Origin: Mobula hypostoma
Taxonomy: Eukaryota
Reading direction: 5' to 3'
Assembly: GCF_963921235.1 (NCBI RefSeq)
Contig: NC_086109.1
Coordinates: 96,906,001 to 96,970,000, forward strand
Length of the DNA: 64,000 bases
Part shown: positions 54,811-64,000 of the stretch, one piece after another
Layout of the letters: every line of letters begins with the position of its first letter
Position numbering within the stretch: the first letter of the stretch is position 1
Position numbers and translations under genes: made by a program
Notes under the pieces: generated by a model
Seen by the model: only the letters and a program-made list of their open reading frames with translations
What the model was told of the DNA's origin: nothing
The model's database searches: none

Positions 54811-55038
54811 TCGCCGGGCGGCGCTGTGGTCGTCCCTATCACGGGTCCTCCCGCCGACGGGCGGCGCTGTGGACGTCCCTATCACGGGTCCTCCCGCCGA
54901 CGGGCGGCGCTGTGGACGTCCCTATCACGGGTCCTCCCGCCGACGGGCGGCGCTGTGGACGTCCCTATCACGGGTCCTCCCGCCGACGGGTGGCGCTATG
55001 GACGTCCCTATCACGGGTCCTCCCGCCGACGGGTGGTG
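54811..55038. repeat. 43 bp CpG-rich tandem repeat, about 5 copies
   Basis: acgggtcctcccgccgacgggcggcgctgtggacgtccctatc; period 43 (54841, 54884). Confidence 0.95.
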
Positions 55039-55069
55039 CCAGGTAACGCCGACGACACAAAGTAGCAGA

Positions 55070-55135
55070 AACAGGAAGTTTCCCTGGTGATGCTCGGTAA
55101 TGCGCTTGCGCAGTGACGTGATGTGTGAAGCAGTG
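55070..55135 (+). promoter_or_regulatory. Housekeeping-type core promoter: ETS (CAGGAAGT 55072), NRF1-like (TGCGCTTGCGCA 55101), CRE-like (TGACGT 55114)
   Basis: Three canonical motifs clustered within 50 bp of a CpG island, just before a Kozak ATG. Confidence 0.65.
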
Positions 55136-55180
55136 ATGGCGGTGAAGGTCCCGCTTCTCTTCCTGTTCGCGGTGACCCAG
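55136..55180 (+). CDS. Probable first coding exon of an unidentified secreted or membrane protein gene (MAVKVPLLFLFAVTQ)
   Basis: GTGATGG Kozak; basic-then-hydrophobic signal-peptide pattern; CAG|GTACCA donor; CpG island. No further exon found in the window. Confidence 0.55.
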
Positions 55181-55354
55181 GTACCAGGGTCCGGCTTTCG
55201 CCACCCGCCCGTTCGACCTCGACCTCGTCCGCTCCACCCCGGCGGTGGTGTGGCCGAGACCTGGGCGCTGCCTGAAGTCGAAACCGCAGGCCGCCGGCGG
55301 TTTCCAGAGCCCGGTTCTGTCCCTTCTCCTCTCGACCTCCCCCCGCCGCCACCA

Positions 55355-58300
55355 CCCCCGGGTCCCTGAATCTCTCCTCCTGCACCCCCTTGGTCCCTGA
55401 ACACCCTCCCCGGGTCCCTGAATCTCTTCTCTCGGCCCCCCCTGGGTCCCTCAATCTCTCCTCTCGGCCCCCCCCCGGGTCCCTGAATCTCCCCTCCTGA
55501 ACCCCCTTGGTCCCTGAACCCCCTCCCTGGATTCCTGAATCTCTCCTCTCGACCCCCCTCCCAGGGTCCCTGAATCACTCCTCTCGGGCCCCCCTTCCCG
55601 GGTCCCTGAATTTCTTCTCCCGCACCCCGTTGGTCCCTGAACCCCCTCCCTGGATTCCTGAATCTCTCCTCTCGACCCCCCTCCCAGGGTCCCTGAATCA
55701 CTCCTCTCGGGCCCCCCTTCCCGGGTCCCTGAATTTCTTCTCCCGCACCCCGTTGGTCCCTGAACCCTCTCCCTGGATTCCTGAATCTCTCCTCTCGGCT
55801 TCCCCCCCCGGTCCCTGAATTTCTCCTCTCGGTGCGCCCCCCCCCCAGGTCCCTGAATCTCTCCTCTCGGGCCCCCCTTCCCGGGTCCCTGAATCTCTCC
55901 TCCCGCACCCCGTTGGTCCCTGAACCCCCTCCCTGGATTCCTGAATCTTCCTCCCGCAGCCCCCCGGTCCCTGAATCACTCCTCTCGGCTCCCCCCCCCT
56001 TGGTCCCTGAACACCCTCCCCGGGTCCCTGAATCTCTTCTCTCGGCCCCCCCTGGGTCCCTCAATCTCTCCTCTCGGCCCCCCCCCCGGGTCCCTGAATC
56101 TCCCCTCCTGAACCCCCTTGGTCCCCGAACCCCCTCCCTGGATTCCTGAATCTCTCCTCTCGACCCCCCTCCCAGGGTCCCTGAATCACTCCTCTCGGGC
56201 CCCCCCTCCCAGGTCCCTGAATTTCTTCTCCCGCACCCCGTTGGTCCCTGAACCCCCTCCCTGGATTCCTGAATCTCTCCTCTCGGCTTCCACCCCCGGG
56301 TCCCTGAATTTCTCCTCTCGGTGCGCCCCCCCCCCAGGTCCCTGAATCTCTCCTCTCGGCCCCCCCCCCGGGTCCCTGAATCTCTCCTCCTGCACCCCCT
56401 TGGTCCCTGAACCCCCTCCCTGGATTCCTGAATCTTCCTCCCGCAGCCCCCCGGTCCCTGAATCACTCCTCTCGGCTCCCCCCCCACCTTGGTCCCTGAA
56501 CACCCTCCCCGGGTCCCTGAATCTCTTCTCTCGGCCCCCCCCCGGGTCCCTGAATCTCCCCTCCTGAACCCCCTTGGTCCCCGAACCCCCTCCCTGGATT
56601 CCTGAATCTCTCCTCTCGACCCCCCTCCCAGGGTCCCTGAATCACTCCTCTCGGGCCCCCCCTCCCGGGTCCCTGAATTTCTTCTCCCGCACCCCGTTGG
56701 TCCCTGAACCCCCTCCCTGGATTCCTGAATCTCTCCTCTCGGCCCCCCCGGGTCCCTGAATCTCTCCTCCTGCACCCCCTTGGTCCCTGAACCCCCTCCC
56801 TGGATTCCTGAATCTTCCTCCCGCAGCCCCCCGGTCCCTGAATCACTCCTCTCGGCTCCCCCCCCCCTTGGTCCCTGAACACCCTCCCCGGGTCCCTGAA
56901 TCTCTCCTCTCGGCCCCCCCGGGTCCCTGAATCTCTCCTCCTGCACCCCCTTGGTCCCTGAACACCCTCCCCGGGTCCCTGAATCTCTTCTCTCGGCCCC
57001 CCCCGGGTCCCTGAATCTCCCCTCCTGAACCCCCTTGGTCCCCGAACCCCCTCCCTGGATTCCTGAATCTCTCCTCTCGACCCCCCTCCCAGGGTCCCTG
57101 AATCACTCCTCTCGGGGCCCCCCTTCCCGGGTCCCTGAATTTCTTCTCCCGCACCCCGTTGGTCCCTGAACCCCCTCCCTGGATTCCTGAATCTCTCCTC
57201 TCGGCTTCCCCCCCCGGGTCCCTGAATTTCTCCTCTCGGTGCGCCCCCCCCCCAGGTCCCTGAATCTCTCCTCTCGGCCCCCCCCCCCGGGTCCCTGAAT
57301 CTCTCCTCCTGCACCCCCTTGGTCCCTGAACCCCCTCCCTGGATTCCTGAATCTTCCTCCCGCAGCCCCCCGGTCCCTGAATCACTCCTCTCGGCTCCCC
57401 CCCCCCTTGGTCCCTGAACACCCTCCCCGGGTCCCTGAATCTCTTCTCTCGGGCCCCCCCCCGGGTCCCTGAATCTCCCCTCCTGAACCCCCTTGGTCCC
57501 CGAACCCCCTCCCTGGATTCCTGAATCTCTCCTCTCGACCCCCCTCCCAGGGTCCCTGAATCACTCCTCTCGGGCCCCCCCTCCCGGGTCCCTGAATTTC
57601 TTCTCCCGCACCCCGTTGGTCCCTGAACCCCCTCCCTGGATTCCTGAATCTCTCCTCTCGGCCCCCCCGGGTCCCTGAATCTCTCCTCCTGCACCCCCTT
57701 GGTCCCTGAACCCCCTCCCTGGATTCCTGAATCTTCCTCCCGCAGCCCCCCGGTCCCTGAATCACTCCTCTCGGCTCCCCCCCCCCTGGGTCCCTGAATC
57801 TCTCCTCTCGGCCCCCCCCCGGGTCCCAGAATCTCTCCTCCTGAACCCCCTTGGTCCCCGAACCTCCTCCCTGGATTCCTGAATCTCTCCTCTCGACCCC
57901 CCTCCCTGGGGCCCTGAATCACTCCTCTCGGGCCCCCCCTCCCAGGTCCCTGAATTTCTCCTCCTGCACCCCCTTGGTCCCTGAACCCCCTCCCTGGATT
58001 CCTGAATCTCTCCTCTCGGCTTCCCCACCCGGGTCCCTGAATCTCTCCGCTCGGCGCCCTCCCCCCCGGGTCCCTGAATTTCTCCTCTCGGTGCGCCCCC
58101 CCCCCCGGGTCCCTGAATCTCTCCTCTCGGCCCCCCCCCGGGTCCCTGAATCTCTCCTCCTGCACCCCCTTGGTCCCTGAACCCCCTCCCTGGATTCCTG
58201 AATCTCTCCTCTCGGTCTCCCCCCCCCGGGTCCCTGAATCTCTCCTCCTGCACCCCCTTGGTCCCTGAACACCCTCCCTGGATTCCTGAATGTCTCCACT

Positions 58301-61300
58301 CGCCCTCGCCCCCGGGTCCCTGAATCTCTCCTCCTGCACCCCCTTGGTCCCTGAACACCCTCCCTGGTTCCCTGAATCTCTTCTCTCGGCCCCCCCCCCC
58401 GGGTCCCTCAATCTCTCCTCTCGGCCCCCCCCACGGGTCCCTGAATCTCTCCTCCTGAACCCCCTTGGTCCCCGAACCCCCTCCCTGGATTCCTGAATCT
58501 CTCCTCTCGACCCCCCTCCCAGGGTCCCTGAATCACTCCTCTCCGGCCCCCCTTCCCGGGTCCCTGAATTTCTTCTCCCGCACCCCGTTGGTCCCTGAAC
58601 CCTCTCCCTGGATTCCTGAATCTCTCCTCTTTGCGCCCCCACCCCCCCCCCCGGGTCCCTGAATCACACCAGTCGGCTCCCCACCCCCCCCAGGTCCCTG
58701 AATCTCTCCTCTTGGCCCTCCCCGGTCCCTGAATCTCTCCTCTCGGCCCCCCCCACGGGTCCCTGAATCTCTCCTCCTGAACCCCCTTGGTCCCCGAACC
58801 CCCTCCCTGGATTACTGAATCTCTCCTCTCGGCCCCCACCCCCGGGTCCCTGAATCTCTCCTTTCGGCGCCCCCCCCCCCCAGGTCCCTGAATCTCTCCT
58901 CTTGGCCCCCACCCCCGGGTCCCTGAATCTCTCCTCCCGCACCCCCTTGGTCCCTGAACCCCCTACCTGGATTCCTGAATCTCTCCTCTCGATCCCCCTC
59001 CCCGGGTCCCTGAATCTCTCTTCTCGCCCCCCTCCGGGTCCCTGAATCTCTCCTCCTGCACCCCCTTGGTCCCTGAGCCCCCTCCCTGGATTCCTGAATT
59101 TTCCTCCCGCACCCCCACCCGGTCCCTGAATCTCTCCTCTCGGCTCCCCCCCCACCGCCCCGGGTCCCTGAATCACTCCTCTCGGCTCCCCCCCCACCGC
59201 CCCGGGTCCCTGAATCACTCCTCTCGGCCCCCCCCCCTGTCCCTGAATTTCTTCTCCCGCACCCCGTTGGTCCCTGAACCCCCTCCCTGGATTCCTGAAT
59301 CTCTCCTCTCGGCGCCCCCCCCCCGGGTCCCTGAATCACACCACTCGGCTCCCCACCCCCCCCAGGTCCCTGAATCTCTCCTCTTGGCCCTCCCCGGTCC
59401 CTGAATCTCTCCTCTCGGCCCCCCCCCCCGGGTCCCTGAATCTCTCCTCCTGAACCCCCTTGGTCCCCGAACCCTTTCCCTGGATTCCTGAATCTCTCCT
59501 CTCGACCCCCCTCCCAGGGTCCCTGAATCACTCCTTCGGGCCCCCCCTCCCGGGTCCCTGAATTTCTTCTCCCGCACCCCGTTGGTCCCTGAACCCCCTC
59601 CCTGGATTCCTGAATCTCTCCTCTTGGCTTCCCCACCCGGGTCCCTGAATCTCTCCTCTCGGCGCCCTCCCCCCCGGTCCCTGAATCTCTCCTCCTGCAC
59701 CCCCTTGGTCCCTGAACCCCCTCCCTGGATTCCTGAATCTCTCTTCTCGCCCCCCTCCGGGTCCCTGAATCTCTCCTCTCGGCGCCCTCCCCCCCGGTCC
59801 CTGAATCTCTCCTCCTGCACCCCCTTGGTCCCTGAACCCCCTCCCTGGATTCCTGAATCTCTCTTCTCGCCCCCCTCCGGGTCCCTGAATCTCTCCTCTC
59901 GGCGCCCTCCCCCCCCGGGTCCCTGAATTTCTCCTCTCGGTGCGCCCCCCCCCGGGTCCCTGAATCTCTCCTCTCGCCCCACCCCCCCGGGTCCCTGAAT
60001 CTCTCCTCCTGAACCCCCTTGGTCCCCGAACCCCCTCCCTGGATTCCTGAATCTCTCCTCTCGACCCCCCTCCCAGGGTCCCTGAATCACTCCTCTCAGC
60101 CCCACCCCCCCGGGTCCCTGAATCTTTCCTCCTGAACCCCCTTGGTCCCCGAACCCCCTCCCTGGATTCCTGAATCTCTCCTCTCGACCCCCCTCCCCAG
60201 GTCCCTGAATCACTCCTCTCGGGCCCCCCCCCCCCCGGGTCCCAGAATCTCTCCTCCTGAACCCCCTTGGTCCCTGAACCCCTTCACTGGATTCCTGAAT
60301 CTCTCCTCTCGGCTTCCCCACCCGGGTCCCTGAATCTCTCCTCCTGCACCCCCTTGGTCCCTGAACCCCCTCCCTGGATTCCTGAATCTTCCTCCCGCAG
60401 CCCCCCGGTCCCTGAATCACTCCTCTCGGCTCCCCCCCCCCCCGGGTCCCTGAATCTCTCCTCTCGCCCCCCCCCCCCGGGTCCCAGAATCTCTCCTCCT
60501 GAACCCCCTTGGTCCCCGAACCCCCTCCCTGGATTCCTGAATCTCTCCTCTCGACCCCCCTCCCAGGGTCCCTGAATCACTCCTCTCGGGCCCCCCCTCC
60601 CAGGTCCCTGAATTTCTCCTCCTGCACCCCCTTGGTCCCTGAACCCCCTCCCTGGATTCCTGAATCTCTCCTCTCGGCTTCCCCACCCGGGTCCCTGAAT
60701 CTCTCCTCTCGGCGCCCTCCCCCCCGGGTCCCTGAATTTCTCCTCTCGGTGCGCCCCCCCCCCCGGGTCCCTGAATCTCTCCTCTCGCCCCCCCCCCCCG
60801 GGTCCCTGAATCTCTCCTCCTGCACCCCCTTGGTCCCTGAACCCCCTCCCTGGATTCCTGAATCTCTCCTCTCGGTCTCCCCCCCCCAGGTCCCTGAATC
60901 TCTCCTCCTGCACCCCCTTGGTCCCTGAACACCCTCCCTGGATTCCTGAATGTCTCCACTCGCCCTCGCCCCCGGGTCCCTGAATCTCTCCTCCTGCACC
61001 CCCTTGGTCCCTGGACACCCTCCCTGGTTCCCTGAATCTCTTCTCTCGGCCCCCCCCCCCGGGTCCCTCAATCTCTCCTCTCGGCCCCCCCCACGGGTCC
61101 CTGAATCTCTCCTCCTGAACCCCCTTGGTCCCCGAACCCCCTCCCTGGATTCCTGAATCTCTCCTCTCGACCCCCCTCCCAGGGTCCCTGAATCACTCCT
61201 CTCCGGCCCCCCTTCCCGGGTCCCTGAATTTCTTCTCCCGCACCCCGTTGGTCCCTGAACCCTCTCCCTGGATTCCTGAATCTCTCCTCTCTGCGCCCCC

Positions 61301-64000
61301 ACCCCCCCCCGGGTCCCTGAATCACACCAGTCGGCTCCCCACCCCCCCCCCAGGTCCCTGAATCTCTCCTCTTGGCCCTCCCCGGTCCCTGAATCTCTCC
61401 TCTCGGCACCCCCCCCCCCCCGGGTCCCTGAATCTCTCCTCTCGGCCCCCCCCCCCCCCGGGTCCCTGAATCTCTCCTCCTGCACCCCCTTGGTCCCTGA
61501 ACCCCCTCCCTGGATAACTGAATCTTCCTCCCGCAGCCCCCCGGTCCCTGAATCACTCCTCTCGGCTCCCCCCCCCCCTTGGTCCCTGAACACCCTCCCC
61601 GGGTCCCTGAATCTCTTCTCTCGGCCCCCCCCGGGTCCCTGAATCTCCCCTCCTGAACCCCCTTGGTCCCCGAACCCCCTCCCTGGATTCCTGAATCTCT
61701 CCTCTCGACCCCCCTCCCAGGGTCCCTGAATCACTCCTCTCGGGCCCCCCCTCCCGGGTCCCTGAATTTCTTCTCCCGCACCCCGTTGGTCCCTGAACCC
61801 CCTCCCTGGATTCCTGAATCTCTCCTCTCGGCCCCCCCGGGTCCCTGAATCTCTCCTCCTGCACCCCCTTGGTTCCTGAACACCCTCCCCGGGTCCCTGA
61901 ATCTCTTCTCTCGGCCCCCCCTGGGTCCCTCAATCTCTCCTCTCGGCCCCCCCCCCGGGTCCCTGAATCTCTCCTCCTGCACCCCCTTGGTCCCTGAACC
62001 CCCTCCCTGGATTCCTGAATCTTCCTCCCGCAGCCCCCCGGTCCCTGAATCTCTCCTCTCGGCCCCCACCCCCGGGTCCCTGAATCTCTCCTTTCGGCGC
62101 CCCCCCCCCCAGGTCCCTGAATCTCTCCTCTTGGCCCCCACCCCCGGGTCCCTGAATCTCTCCTCCCGCACCCCCTTGGTCCCTGAACCCCCTACCTGGA
62201 TTCCTGAATCTCTCCTCTCGATCCCCCTCCCCGGGTCCCTGAATCTCTCGTCTCGCCCCCCTCCGGGTCCCTGAATCTCTCCTCCTGCACCCCCTTGGTC
62301 CCTGAGCCCCCTCCCTGGAATCCTGAATTTTCCTCCCGCACCCCCACCCGGTCCCTGAATCTCTCCTCTCGGCTCCCCCCCCCCCCGCCCCGGGTCCCTG
62401 AATCACTCCTCTCGGCCCCCCCCCCCGTCCCTGAATTTCTTCTCCCGCACCCCATTGGTCCCTGAACCCCCTCCCTGGATTCCTGAATCTCTCCTCTCGG
62501 CGCCCCCCCCCCGGGTCCCTGAATCACACCACTCGGCTCCCCACCCCCCCCAGGTCCCTGAATCTCTCCTCTTGGCCCTCCCCGGTCCCTGAATCTCTCC
62601 TCTCGGCCCCCCCCCCGGGTCCCTGAATCTCTCCTCCTGAACCCCCTTGGTCCCAGAACCCCCTCCCTGGATTCCTGAATCTCTCCTCTCGACCCCCCTC
62701 CCAGGGTCCCTGAATCACTCCTTCGGGCCCCCCCTCCCAGGTCCCTGAATTTCTTCTCCCGCACCCCGTTGGTCCCTGAACCCCCTCCCTGGATTCCTGA
62801 ATCTCTCCTCTTGGCTTCCCCACCCGGGTCCCTGAATCTCTCCTCTCGGCGCCCTCCCCCCCGGTCCCTGAATCTCTCCTCCTGCACCCCCTTGGTCCCT
62901 GAACCCCCTCCCTGGATTCCTGAATCTCTCTTCTCGCCCTCGCCCCCGGGTCCCTGAATCTCTCCTCCTGCACCCCCTTGGTCCCTGGACACCCTCCCTG
63001 GTTCCCTGAATGTCTCCACTCGCCCTCGCCCCCGGGTCCCTGAATCTCTCCTCCTGCACCCCCTTGGTCCCTGGACACCCTCCCTGGTTCCCTGAATCTC
63101 TTCTCTCGGCCCCCCCCCCCGGGTCCCTCAATCTCTCCTCTCGGCCCCCCCCACGGGTCCCTGAATCTCTCCTCCTGAACCCCCTTGGTCCCCGAACCCC
63201 CTCCCTGGTTCCCTGAATCTCTTCTCTCGGCCCCCCCCCCCGGGTCCCTCAATCTCTCCTCTCGGCCCCCCCCACGGGTCCCTGAATTTCTTCTCCCGCA
63301 CCCCGTTGGTCCCTGAACCCTCTCCCTGGATTCCTGAATCTCTCCTCTCTGCGCCCCCACCCCCCCCCCGGGTCCCTGAATCACACCAGTCGGCTCCCCA
63401 CCCCCCCCCCAGGTCCCTGAATCTCTCCTCTTGGCCCTCCCCGGTCCCTGAATCTCTCCTCTCGGCACCCCCCCCCCACCGGGTCCCTGAATCTCTCCTC
63501 TCAGCCCCCCCCCCCCGGGTCCCTGAATCTCTCCTCCTGCACCCCCTTGGTCCCTGAACCCCCTCCCTGGATTCCTGAATCTTCCTCCCGCAGCCCCCCG
63601 GTCCCTGAATCACTCCTCTCGGCTCCCCCCCCCCCCCTTGGTCCCTGAACACCCTCCCCGGGTCCCTGAATCTCTTCTCTCGGCCCCCCCCCGGGTCCCT
63701 GAATCTCCCCTCCTGAACCCCCTTGGTCCCCGAACCCCCTCCCTGGATTCCTGAATCTCTCCTCTCGACCCCCCTCCCAGGGTCCCTGAATCACTCCTCT
63801 CGGGCCCCCCCTCCCGGGTCCCTGAATTTCTTCTCCCGCACCCCGTTGGTCCCTGAACCCCCTCCCTGGATTCCTGAATCTCTCCTCTCGGCCCCCCCGG
63901 GTCCCTGAATCTCTCCTCCTGCACCCCCTTGGTTCCTGAACACCCTCCCCGGGTCCCTGAATCTCTTCTCTCGGCCCCCCCTGGGTCCCTCAATCTCTCC
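55355..64000. repeat. Large complex C-rich satellite (about 20-33 bp variants of gggtccctgaatctctcctctcggcccccc) with higher-order blocks; runs off the window
   Basis: Hundreds of (c/t)cctgaa-anchored units; rare variants recur at kb spacing. Confidence 0.97.

Noticed and set aside
54833-55013. TCCCTATCA in each 43 bp unit resembles a tetO half-site (vector contamination)
   Set aside because: Only 9 bp, no palindromic second half, no vector sequence nearby
54925-63993. Long Gly/Arg/Glu-rich minus-strand ORFs (up to 673 aa) resembling collagen-like or repetitive proteins
   Set aside because: By-products of a stop-poor satellite; multiple frames are open and frames switch with poly-C length

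Overview
Vertebrate genomic DNA, not prokaryotic. The CR1/HER-type LINE tails and Penelope-like palindromes suggest a cartilaginous fish such as a ray or shark (inference). It holds two complete + strand genes in the human-like order. BLOC1S6 (pallidin) has 5 coding exons at 1072-13733, giving 164 aa. SQOR (sulfide:quinone oxidoreductase) has 9 coding exons at 36484-53120, giving 443 aa, with a probable CpG-island promoter near 25 kb. A third + strand gene probably starts at 55136 with a 15-codon signal-peptide-like exon behind an ETS/NRF1/CRE promoter, and its first intron is filled by a >8.6 kb complex satellite. The rest is CR1 LINEs (one near full length), Rex/Babar-type LINE fragments, a truncated Sushi-like Gypsy element, a hAT MITE, many minisatellites and one N gap. 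The most notable non-genic signal is a family of TSD-flanked fold-back Penelope-like inserts whose arms carry minimal hammerhead ribozyme motifs, intact on both strands at 30227-30400. A CTCF-like tandem array lies between SQOR and the next promoter. Gene and repeat names come from recalled protein motifs; no database search was run, and repeat boundaries are approximate.
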